Assembly: GCA_958346935.1 (NCBI GenBank)
Contig: CATVTM010000002.1
Span: 351-64,350, forward strand
Origin: an uncultured Collinsella sp.
GTDB lineage: Bacteria; Actinomycetota; Coriobacteriia; Coriobacteriales; Coriobacteriaceae
DNA: 64,000 nt
Direction: 5' to 3'
The notes under the pieces were generated by a model. The model was not told the DNA's origin. It ran no database searches and worked only from the letters and a program-made list of their open reading frames with translations. Shown one piece after another: positions 52,249 through 61,402 of the stretch; positions within the stretch are counted from its first letter, which is position 1, and each line of letters starts with the position of its first letter. A program made the position numbers and the translations under genes.

Positions 52249-52313
52249 AAACCGTCCCAACATTCGACGTTTTTTGCCAATATCAGGAAAAGCATCGAAT
52301 GTTGGGACGGTTT
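52249..52313. repeat. Palindrome family B, copy 2
   Basis: 64/65 identical to copy 1, same orientation. Confidence 0.92.
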
Positions 52314-52444
52314 GAATGCCGAGGATGAGCTCGGGAAGCCCGTCTTGCTCGAATGGCCTGTCCTGTCGTACGCGTGTCGGCACGATTCTCTTGTGGGGTA
52401 TTATGTTTCCCGAAGAATAAATCGCTGCGCGAGGGGAGGGCTGC

Positions 52445-53500
52445 GTGGACGAGCGCGCGCAACATGACGGTTTTGGCCGCGATATCAACTATTTGCGCAT
52501 TGCCGTTACCGACAAGTGCAATTTCCGCTGCATTTACTGCATGCCTGCCGACGGCGTAGCACCGCGCGCGCATGACGAGCTACTCAGCGCCGAGGAAATC
52601 GCCCGCTTTGTGCGTCTGGTGGCGGGGGAGGGCATTCGCCGCGTGCGCCTGACGGGTGGCGAGCCGCTGGTCAGCCGCCGCATTATCCCGCTCATCCGCG
52701 ATATCCGCGCGATCCCGCAGATCGAGGACATCTCGCTCACCACCAATGGTGCCTTGCTGCCCAAGCTGGCGCCGGAGCTCAAAGACGCCGGGCTCGACCG
52801 CGTCAACATTTCGCTCGACACGCTCGACCCCGCGCTCTTTGGAAAGATTACGCGCCTGGGCCGGCTCGAGCAGACCATGGCGGGCATCGATGCGGCGCTA
52901 ACCTGGGGCTTTGAGCCGGTTAAGGTCAACTGCGTGGTGGTCCGCCGCCTCAACCAAGATGTGGCGGCCCTCGCGCACTTGACCGTCGACCGCCCCATTC
53001 ACCTGCGCTTTATCGAATACATGCCTATCGGCGATGAGCACACGAGCTCGCATTGCGCCGTGGATCCGCACGCGCCCACGCTCAATCCCGAGCTGTGGGA
53101 CGCGAGCGACACCGTGCCGAGCGACGAGCTGCGGGTACGCATCAATGCCGGCGCCGCTGCGGCGGGCCTGGGCGAGCTTGAGCCGCTCGATATCAATGAC
53201 GCTCCTGCCGGCGCCGGTCCTGCGCGCTACTGGCGCTTTCCGGGTGCGGCGGGCACGGTCGGTTTCATTAGCGCCATGTCCAACCATTTTTGCGCGAGCT
53301 GCAACCGTCTGCGTCTGACGGCCGACGGCAGCGTGCGTCCCTGCCTGTTCAGCGATGCCGAGTATTCGGTGCGCGAGGCGCTGCGCCGTGGTGATGATAT
53401 GCAGGTACTTTCGATTTGGCGCGATGCCGTGGCCCATAAACCGCAGGAACACGCGATAATTGAGGGCACGCAACGGTTTATGTCCCAAATCGGAGGATGA
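52445..53500 (+). CDS. moaA: GTP 3',8-cyclase (molybdenum cofactor biosynthesis)
   Basis: CNFRCIYC radical-SAM motif, CASCNRLR...PC, C-terminal IGG. Confidence 0.95.
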   Translation: MDERAQHDGFGRDINYLRIAVTDKCNFRCIYCMPADGVAPRAHDELLSAEEIARFVRLVAGEGIRRVRLTGGEPLVSRRIIPLIRDIRAIPQIEDISLTTNGALLPKLAPELKDAGLDRVNISLDTLDPALFGKITRLGRLEQTMAGIDAALTWGFEPVKVNCVVVRRLNQDVAALAHLTVDRPIHLRFIEYMPIGDEHTSSHCAVDPHAPTLNPELWDASDTVPSDELRVRINAGAAAAGLGELEPLDINDAPAGAGPARYWRFPGAAGTVGFISAMSNHFCASCNRLRLTADGSVRPCLFSDAEYSVREALRRGDDMQVLSIWRDAVAHKPQEHAIIEGTQRFMSQIGG

Positions 53501-53504
53501 TCAT

Positions 53505-54809
53505 ATGGCCAAGAGCAGGTACGCCGATGCCACCAAGGCCGCTCGCAGGGCCGCGATGTCTGCCCATAAAGCCACGTCTGCCAGCAAGGACGCCGCGTCC
53601 GCGGCTATGCAGCCGTCCGCAAGCGACAACGCCGCCGATCCCGTCCGCGACGCGCGCCGCGACGAGCTGACGCACGTAAACGCCAAGGGCGAGGTTCGCA
53701 TGGTCGACGTATCCGACAAGGCCGAGACCCATCGTATCGCCATCGCCGAGGGCACGATTCTCATGCATCCCGAGACGCAGGCCATGGTGCTGCAGGACCG
53801 CGCCAAGAAGGGCGACGTGCTTGCTTGTGCGCGCGTGGCGGGCATCATGGCCATCAAGCGCACGAGCGACATCATCCCCATGTGCCACCCGCTGCTCATC
53901 ACCAAGAGCAAGTGCGATATCGAGCCCATCGCTCCGGCAGGAACGCCTGCCGAGGACGTGCCCGAGGGCTGGGCGCCGGCGCGCCCGGATGGACAGGTCG
54001 GCTTTCATGTGCTGGTCACGGCGGGCGTGACGGGTAAGACGGGCATCGAGATGGAGGCGCTGACCGGCGCGAGTGCCGCGTGCTTGACCATCTACGACAT
54101 GTGCAAGGCGGTCGACCGCGGCATGGAGATCGTTGACGTGCGCCTGCTGCACAAGGAGGGCGGCCGCTCGGGCGTGTGGGATCGCGCAGAGCGTCAGGCC
54201 GCTGCTGTTGAAGCCGTGGCCGCCGACGGTGCCGCGCCCGCGAGCGCACCCGTCGCCGTCGCGCCCGCAGCTCCGACACCGGCCGTCCCCGCGATCGCGT
54301 TTATCGGCTACCAGAACTCGGGCAAGACCACGCTCGTCGAGAAGGTCATTGCCGAGCTCACCCGCCGCGGTCTGCGCGTGGGTTCGCTCAAGCATCATGG
54401 GCATCACGGCTTTGATATCGATGTACCCGCTAAGGACACCTGGCGCCATCACCAAGCCGGATCCAAGCACGTGGGCCTCATCTGCGCCACGCGCTGGGCG
54501 GAGTACGCCGACACGCGCGAGGAGGACGAGATGCCCGCGCGCGAGCTGCTGTCGCGCTACAACGATGTCGACGTGGTGATCATCGAGGGCTACAAGACCG
54601 AGGGCTTCGACAACATCGTGGTCGCGCGCTCGGGTGTCGACCGTCTGCGCGGCAAGAGCTCGCTCGACCTGGTCGACGGTCACACGCTGGCCCTTGCCTG
54701 CAATGAGGCCCTGGCGCGTCAGGCCTTCGACGCCGGCTTCGCGACCCGAGCCATCAACATCAACGACGCCCGAGCCATCTGCGACCTGATCCAAGATTAT
54801 CTGGCCTAA
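53505..54809 (+). CDS. moaC: MoaC (cyclic pyranopterin monophosphate synthase)-MobB fusion
   Basis: MVDVSDK, IPMCHP, TGIEMEAL, IYDMCKAVD; Ala/Pro linker; GYQNSGKTT, KHHGHH, IIEGYK. Confidence 0.88.
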   Translation: MAKSRYADATKAARRAAMSAHKATSASKDAASAAMQPSASDNAADPVRDARRDELTHVNAKGEVRMVDVSDKAETHRIAIAEGTILMHPETQAMVLQDRAKKGDVLACARVAGIMAIKRTSDIIPMCHPLLITKSKCDIEPIAPAGTPAEDVPEGWAPARPDGQVGFHVLVTAGVTGKTGIEMEALTGASAACLTIYDMCKAVDRGMEIVDVRLLHKEGGRSGVWDRAERQAAAVEAVAADGAAPASAPVAVAPAAPTPAVPAIAFIGYQNSGKTTLVEKVIAELTRRGLRVGSLKHHGHHGFDIDVPAKDTWRHHQAGSKHVGLICATRWAEYADTREEDEMPARELLSRYNDVDVVIIEGYKTEGFDNIVVARSGVDRLRGKSSLDLVDGHTLALACNEALARQAFDAGFATRAININDARAICDLIQDYLA

Positions 54810-55075
54810 AACCTGCCAAAAGGGGACAGGTTTGTTTTGGCAGGTTTTATCTGGGCAAACGTCATTTCCACCACAAAGGGGCCAAGCACCTTTGTGGTGG
54901 TTTTTGCTTTGGTGGATGTGTGGGATATGCCTTACAATCTACCAAGTAGTTCATGACGGGCGAAAAACGGAGAAAAAGGGTCCTGATGCGTCCTTAATGT
55001 TTCATGCGGATAGATTGATTTGACAGACGGTGGCGAATGCCCACCGCCCGTATTCGTATGAAACAAGGAGTCTCC

Positions 55076-56356
55076 ATGCTCGCCCCTCTTTTCTCAAAGC
55101 CTCAATCATCGCTGTCCGTGCAGGCCAAGCGCCTGGTGGCAATGCGCTTTCTCATCTACACCGGGTTTCAGACCAGTTATTTTATCGGTGTCATCGGAAC
55201 GCTTACCTATGCGGACGATGCCTCGGTCGTCGCGACATCGCTGGCCGTCCTGTTCATGAATGTTTTCGTGATCCTGGGATCCTTTGCGGGCGGCGCGGCG
55301 CTCGACGCCTGGGGCCCGCGCCGCCATTTCTTGCTGAGCATCGTCGGCGCTCTCGCAACTGGCACGGCAATTATCGCCTTTGGTAGCGCGACCGGCGTCG
55401 TCCTGCTCGGCGCGGTGTTTCTGGGCTTTACGATGGGGTTCGCCCAGCCCATTGCCACATCCTATCCGGCCTACCTCACCAACGACCCCGTCGAGCTCAA
55501 AGACACCAACTCCGCCATCGCCATGTTCTCAAATGTGAGTATCATCGTCGGACCCACGCTGGGTGGCTTTGTCGCGGCGGCTGCGTCGTCGCGCGCGGTG
55601 TTTGTGCTCATGATGCTCTTTACCGTGCTGGCGTTCGTCGTCGGTTGGGGCTTTAGGCCGCAGACCAGCCATGTCGCCGGGCATGCGGATGCCGATTCGG
55701 CAGAGGAAGGGGAGCGTGCGGGACAAAGCTCCAACCCCGGCACGTCCGCCCGTGCCACCTTCGCGACCAGCATCAAGACGGTCTTCACCAACAGCGTCCT
55801 CGCCCTGCTGTTCTGCATTATTTTTCTTTCGAACTTTGGCTACGGAGCCTTCGATCCGCTCGAATCGTTTTTCTACCGCGATGTTCTGCATGTCGGTGTT
55901 GAGTGGATGGGCTGGCTCTCGTCGGCCTCGGGCGTGGGCGCGGTGCTGGGTGCCGTGCTCGCGCTCCGCTTGCCGCCGCACCTGGTCAACCTTAAAACGC
56001 TGCTCGTGGCGCTTATGTCTGTGGGTCTGGGAAGCCTGCTCTATGTGGGGACGCCGTACGTGGGCGTAGCCCTTGTCGGCCAGATTGTCCTTGGCGTGGC
56101 CTGGGGTGTCGTCAACCCGCTCCACAACACGATCGTGCAAACGACGGCCCCGCTCGAGCAGCTCGGCCGCGTCAACTCGGTCATGGGCTTTGGCAACATG
56201 TTCGCCGGCGTGGCCCCGCTGGCGATTGCCCCCTGGCTGGCGGCGACATTTGGCGTGCAGCAGACGCTCGTAGGGGCGGGCATGGTCGTGACGGCGGTTC
56301 CCACGGCGTTGCTGCTGTTTGGACGCAATCACTTGGAACGTGCCGTAAAGCAGTAA
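55076..56356 (+). CDS. MFS transporter (efflux-like)
   Basis: About 12 TM, GAALDAWGPRR motif A, IVGPTLGG; RBS AAGGAG before ATG 55076. Confidence 0.85.
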   Translation: MLAPLFSKPQSSLSVQAKRLVAMRFLIYTGFQTSYFIGVIGTLTYADDASVVATSLAVLFMNVFVILGSFAGGAALDAWGPRRHFLLSIVGALATGTAIIAFGSATGVVLLGAVFLGFTMGFAQPIATSYPAYLTNDPVELKDTNSAIAMFSNVSIIVGPTLGGFVAAAASSRAVFVLMMLFTVLAFVVGWGFRPQTSHVAGHADADSAEEGERAGQSSNPGTSARATFATSIKTVFTNSVLALLFCIIFLSNFGYGAFDPLESFFYRDVLHVGVEWMGWLSSASGVGAVLGAVLALRLPPHLVNLKTLLVALMSVGLGSLLYVGTPYVGVALVGQIVLGVAWGVVNPLHNTIVQTTAPLEQLGRVNSVMGFGNMFAGVAPLAIAPWLAATFGVQQTLVGAGMVVTAVPTALLLFGRNHLERAVKQ

Positions 56357-56371
56357 GAAACAGGTAAGAAA

Positions 56372-56430
56372 CCATCACAACATTCGATGAAAATCGCGAT
56401 TTTGCCGAAAAACGTCGAATGTTGTGATGG
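56372..56430. repeat. Palindrome family B, diverged inverted copy 3
   Basis: CCATCACAACATTCGA / TCGAATGTTGTGATGG, 27-nt spacer. Confidence 0.75.
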
Positions 56431-56577
56431 ATTGCGCTGAGGCCCGAGCACCACAAGCCACCATAAAGGGGCCAGACGCCTTTGTGGTGATCGGGTCCCA
56501 ACGGCTTGCGCCTTGGTATACCATGTACGCCGTTTGCGAATACACCCCACACCGCCGCACAACCCAGAAAGGCCCCC

Positions 56578-57399
56578 ATGGACACCACCTTCAGCCACAT
56601 CAAAGCCGTGTTCTGCGATATCGACGGTACGCTGCTCACGAGCCAGCACACGGTGTCCCCGCGCACCGTGGCGGCGATCCGCGCCCTGCGCGAGCGCGGC
56701 GTGCTGTTTGGCCTGTGCACCGGGCGCGACGCCCACGCGACCGAGGCCATGTACGAGCCCTGGGGCATCGAAGGCCTGGTGGACGTGCTCGTGGGCTGCG
56801 GTGGTGCCGAGGTCATCGACCGCACGCACGGCATCAACGAGCTGATCTATCCGCTGCCGGGCGAGACCATCGCGCGCATCTGCAAGCACATGGCGGACCT
56901 TCCGGCAACGCCCGTCTGCCCCCGAGACGGCGTGCTCTACATGCCCGAGAGCAATGCGTGCGTCGAGCACCTGTCGCGTGTCGACGGCGTGCCCTACCAG
57001 GTGGTCGACTTTGCCGAGTTTTTGCGCGAGCCGCAGCCCAAGGTGATGTTTACCACAGCGTCCGAGGTAATGCCGCGGGTGATTGAGCGGGCGTCGACGT
57101 TTGCCGATAACACTGTTAAGGCGGCGGCTCTGCAAACCACGCAGCGGCTCTACGAGTTCATGGATCCGCGCGTGTCCAAGACGCGCGGCCTGGTGCGCGT
57201 GGCAGAGCTCAACGACATGGAGCTCCAGAACATCTGCGTGTTTGGCGATGCCGATAACGACACCTGCATGGTGGCCGACGCCGGCGTGGGCGTGGCCATG
57301 GCAAACGGCAGCGACGCCACCCGCGCCGCCGCCGATTTTGTAACCGCCAGCAACGACAAAGACGGCATCGCGATCTTTATCGAGGAACATCTGCTGTAG
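56578..57399 (+). CDS. Cof-type HAD-IIB hydrolase
   Basis: DIDGTL, CTGR, SK, FGDADND, AMAN. Confidence 0.92.
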   Translation: MDTTFSHIKAVFCDIDGTLLTSQHTVSPRTVAAIRALRERGVLFGLCTGRDAHATEAMYEPWGIEGLVDVLVGCGGAEVIDRTHGINELIYPLPGETIARICKHMADLPATPVCPRDGVLYMPESNACVEHLSRVDGVPYQVVDFAEFLREPQPKVMFTTASEVMPRVIERASTFADNTVKAAALQTTQRLYEFMDPRVSKTRGLVRVAELNDMELQNICVFGDADNDTCMVADAGVGVAMANGSDATRAAADFVTASNDKDGIAIFIEEHLL

Positions 57400-57913
57400 C
57401 GCCGGGGGAGAACCACCACAATGGGGCGGGTACGTTTGTGGTGGTTGCCTAAGCGCGGCCAAGTGTTTGGGTGGTTTTGCCTATGATGCCGAGATTCTTC
57501 TAGTTTCGTGTATATAGATATGCGAACATCATTAATTAGCGGCGCGACATCCGCGCAGATTGCTAATGAGGTAGCCTGTAATATAAGCTAGTGCTACCGC
57601 TCACCGCTAAATGCCCACCGTTCACAGCATTATTGCATTTGAGTTAAATGTTGTACAAATAATACGCTGGCGAATAAAAAAATAGCAATAGCTAAATTAC
57701 CAGCAATTTAGTTTTATTTAAGGTTAATAAAAAACAATTAATTTGAGCAAATGTCAAGAGCGCTGGATTACTGCTACAATAATGTCAGAATCTAGTACAT
57801 AGATGTTTAAACAAGAAGTACAATACCATTACTAAACGAGCGCAATTACAGATTGCGCAGATACGTTTGATGGTGAAAGAGCAAGATCGCGGTCTCTTGG
57901 GGAGGAGACATCG

Positions 57914-60900
57914 ATGAAAGCGAATTCAGAAAAAGCTAAGCAGAGTAAAAAAGCGACGCGCCGTGTACTGGCAGGCGTTTTGTGCGGAGCTTCCGTGTTG
58001 AGCCTGGTACTGTCGCTCGTCATGCCCCCGATCTCGCAGGCCATTGCCAACGATGGTCAGGCGGGTGCAGCCGAGAAAACTGTGATGGGGGGGGGTTCCT
58101 CAAGTGAGTCTACTGATGTAGACAACACCAACAACGGGGATACCGAAAACCAGAATAGTGACGATGCCGAGAATGGCGCGAGCGAAGACGCCGTTGCCGC
58201 AGACCTGCCGTCCGACGACACGGAGGCCGAGGGTGATGCTCAGTCTGCGGATGATAGTGCTAACGGCGAGGGCGCAATCGCACTTGCTGCAGAAAATGAA
58301 TCGACTTATGAAATCAGCAGAGGAGATGAACTCAGCGCGAAGCTTCCTGACAAGAAATTTCGCGATGGAAATGGCTCCGCTACTTTTAAGCTTGTTAACG
58401 ATATTGAATACAGCGGTGAGATTAGGCTTGAACAAACTGACGATAACCCTATCAATATCACCCTTGACCTAAACGGTCATAAGATTAAGTGCTTGAACAC
58501 CGACAAGCCGTTATTTGATATTGCTAACGGCGCAACACTTACAATTAAGGATTCCGCACAGGCGAATGAGACGCTCATCGAGGGCCAGCAGCTTACTGAT
58601 CAGGGGCAGTACCTGAATCCCGATAATTATGGCAAGAAAGCCGAGCTAAATTACGTTGATGGCATTCCGTCTAATCTTACCTACTACGTGACCAAATCGA
58701 CCCCAAGTGGTACAGGGACAACCGAGACGCTTGTCAAACATGACGTTGATATTAAAGGCGCCATCGTGGCGTGCAGCGGCAACGCAAATCTAAGGCTCAT
58801 CAATCTGTATAACAACAACGGCAAGGGCTCGTTTAACCTTGTGAGCGGCGTGATCACGCAAAAGAAAGGCGGCAGGGTTAGCAGCTTGGTCTATGCCGAG
58901 AACGGCTCTACCGTCAACATGAGCGGCGGCTATGTTTGTGGCGCTTCTAGCTCGGGCGCGGGCGCGGGCATTATGGTGTCCAACGAGAAAGGTAGTGCCT
59001 CGACCCTTAATGTGACCGGTGGCGTAATTGCCGGCAATAGTGCTCCTAGTGGCGGCGGTGTGTATGCTAAAGGCTCCACGGTCACCATAACTAATGGCGT
59101 AATCTCCGGCAACAGCACGCTTGATTCTGCTGGCTTTGGTGGCGGTATCATGGCCGAATATGGCGGCAGCGTCACTGTTTCCGGTGGCTACATCACTAAC
59201 AATAAATATGCCAATTTCTGTGGCCAAGATGGTTATGGCGATCATGGCGGCGCTGGACTTGCCGCTAGAAACGGTACTCATGTCACCATTTCGGGCGGCC
59301 AGATCACGGGCAACTATTCTGAGGAAGCAGGCGGCGGCGTTTATGTCACGGATGTCGACCGTAATAAGCAATCCCGTACGGGTATGGCGTGGCTGAAAAT
59401 CACGGGAGGAATTATTGCCTCTAACGTGAGCTACCGATCTGAAGGTGCTGGCATTCGAGTGGGCCAGATGGTTGACGCGATGATAAATGGGTCGTCAAAC
59501 GATAGCCCAGTCTACATCACTAATAACTCTTGCATGTCTCGCTTTGACTGGGGCGGAGGCGGTATCTTTGTCCAGGGAAACTCGGATTTGGGCAAGGAGA
59601 AGACTGCTGGTAGGCTATTCATATATAACTCGTACATTAGCGCCAATACCGCTGGCGGCTATGGCGGTGGCGTTGCAGTCTGCCCTACGGGCAAGACGTT
59701 GGTAACGAACACTGAGGGCACAGCAATCTTTGGCAATTCGTCTGCCAAAGATCAGCAGGACGCAAAAGCTGATTATAAGTCTGAAAAGAATAGCGGTAAC
59801 GAAGGCACCCCTCACCTATCCGCTGGTGGCTACGAAAGCCTTGAACACAAAAAGAACCAGGATGCTGACGCCTACAATGCCAAAGAGTTTCGCGAAAACG
59901 GCCACGCGGACTTCTTCCTTGCGGCGGAGGATCATAAGACCCCGATCGCGGCGGTGATTGGCAAAATGCTTGGCGGCGGTGACGCCAAATACAAGGGAAG
60001 TAAAGAGCTTACGCAAGCCATTACTATCCCCGCTAACGGTGGCGTGCAGGTATATAAAAGCATCGGCCTGAGCTCGGGTGTTACAGCTCAAGACGAAGCC
60101 GCGATCAATGCGCAAAAAGTTGCGACAACGTTCATCACCGGCAACTATTCCTGGGACCATGGCGGCGGCATCATGTCGAACGGCGACCTGTACATGGGCG
60201 TGCCTGAGGACACGTATGTCTATCCGAGCCTCAAGCTCAAGGCGACCAAGGTACTACGTAATTCGCAGACAAATGTGAACGAGGGGCTCGAAGAGAATCA
60301 GTTTACCTTTAGGGTCTACCGCAAGGACTCAACCGACCCTTTGGCTAGCGCGACATTCAATCGTAACGTTTGCACCGAGGTTGGAACTGCAAAAAATGAT
60401 GCAAGCGGCAATATCACGTTTGACCTTGGTGAACAGTTCGCAACGGGTGGCACGGGTAACGAAATCACATACTACTTGGTCGAAGATGCCGGCGATGATC
60501 CTGACATCACGTGCGACTCCAGTGTGTATGAGATTGTGGTACGGACCCAGGATAAGCCGACCAAGCTCATGACTGTTCCGAGTAAAAATAATCCGAACGA
60601 AGAGAAGGAACTTCTCATCCATAACTACACGATTACAGACGTCAACGGGACCAAGTACGAACTCGATAAGTCTGGGAAGTGGATTAACAAAAAAACGTGG
60701 AGTATCGCGAAGAATGTCGACGGCTATTATCAAATTATCTGTGAGGACGGTTCGGCGACTTTCACTAACGTATGTACCGCGTACGACTCGACTGGCGTTT
60801 GGATCCCTAAGGCGACCAAGGTCGTTAAGGGTGGCGAGATGAAGGAGTTTACGCTCGAGTTTGCGGATAACGAGAACTTCGATAAACCCATGACGGCTAC

Positions 60901-61402
60901 GACCGACCCCGACGGCGAGATTACCACCACTGCCAGCGGCGACAAGTCCCAGACCCTGAGCTTCGTCGATGAGATTACGTACACACTTGCCGATCTCGCC
61001 AAGGGCACGGATCCCACGGGACGCGGTGCAAGCAATACCTTTACTTATTACGTTCGCGAACAGCTGCCAACCACGCCGTTTACGAACTACACATACGACC
61101 AGTCGGTTTATCAGATTACGGTCAATGCGGTTGACGACTCTAACCACAAGATCAACATCTCTGCGACCTACAAGCAGATTCGGGATCGTGATGGCAAGCC
61201 GGTGACCAACGACACTGACCACGACCTCACCGACGCCTCCACCCCCACCTTTACCAACACCTACTCCACTTCTTTGCCCCTTTCTGGTATGTCGGGCGTC
61301 ACTCTGACGTACCTTGCCGGCGCGGCGGTGCTCTGCGCTGCTGCGGCCTGGATGCACATTCGTCGCAAGGCGAATGCGAAGGGGGGTGAGCGTCGTGAAT
61401 AA
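57914..61402 (+). CDS. Sortase-anchored surface protein / probable pilus tip adhesin (beta-helix-like region plus FctA/Spy0128-like domains)
   Basis: Signal peptide, acidic linker, repeated IxxN...GGG(V/I) units, YYLVE/YYVRE...FTN motifs, LPLSG-TM-basic tail. Confidence 0.8.
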   Translation: MKANSEKAKQSKKATRRVLAGVLCGASVLSLVLSLVMPPISQAIANDGQAGAAEKTVMGGGSSSESTDVDNTNNGDTENQNSDDAENGASEDAVAADLPSDDTEAEGDAQSADDSANGEGAIALAAENESTYEISRGDELSAKLPDKKFRDGNGSATFKLVNDIEYSGEIRLEQTDDNPINITLDLNGHKIKCLNTDKPLFDIANGATLTIKDSAQANETLIEGQQLTDQGQYLNPDNYGKKAELNYVDGIPSNLTYYVTKSTPSGTGTTETLVKHDVDIKGAIVACSGNANLRLINLYNNNGKGSFNLVSGVITQKKGGRVSSLVYAENGSTVNMSGGYVCGASSSGAGAGIMVSNEKGSASTLNVTGGVIAGNSAPSGGGVYAKGSTVTITNGVISGNSTLDSAGFGGGIMAEYGGSVTVSGGYITNNKYANFCGQDGYGDHGGAGLAARNGTHVTISGGQITGNYSEEAGGGVYVTDVDRNKQSRTGMAWLKITGGIIASNVSYRSEGAGIRVGQMVDAMINGSSNDSPVYITNNSCMSRFDWGGGGIFVQGNSDLGKEKTAGRLFIYNSYISANTAGGYGGGVAVCPTGKTLVTNTEGTAIFGNSSAKDQQDAKADYKSEKNSGNEGTPHLSAGGYESLEHKKNQDADAYNAKEFRENGHADFFLAAEDHKTPIAAVIGKMLGGGDAKYKGSKELTQAITIPANGGVQVYKSIGLSSGVTAQDEAAINAQKVATTFITGNYSWDHGGGIMSNGDLYMGVPEDTYVYPSLKLKATKVLRNSQTNVNEGLEENQFTFRVYRKDSTDPLASATFNRNVCTEVGTAKNDASGNITFDLGEQFATGGTGNEITYYLVEDAGDDPDITCDSSVYEIVVRTQDKPTKLMTVPSKNNPNEEKELLIHNYTITDVNGTKYELDKSGKWINKKTWSIAKNVDGYYQIICEDGSATFTNVCTAYDSTGVWIPKATKVVKGGEMKEFTLEFADNENFDKPMTATTDPDGEITTTASGDKSQTLSFVDEITYTLADLAKGTDPTGRGASNTFTYYVREQLPTTPFTNYTYDQSVYQITVNAVDDSNHKINISATYKQIRDRDGKPVTNDTDHDLTDASTPTFTNTYSTSLPLSGMSGVTLTYLAGAAVLCAAAAWMHIRRKANAKGGERRE

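Noticed and set aside
52314..52444. Moco riboswitch upstream of moaA
   Set aside because: No recognisable consensus; the pairing seen is an extension of the family B hairpin.
57536..57610. c-di-GMP-II riboswitch (CTAGTGCTACCG resembles its 3' end)
   Set aside because: It lacks the 5' GAAAC and GGGCAC pseudoknot partner, so it is kept only as an unnamed structure candidate.
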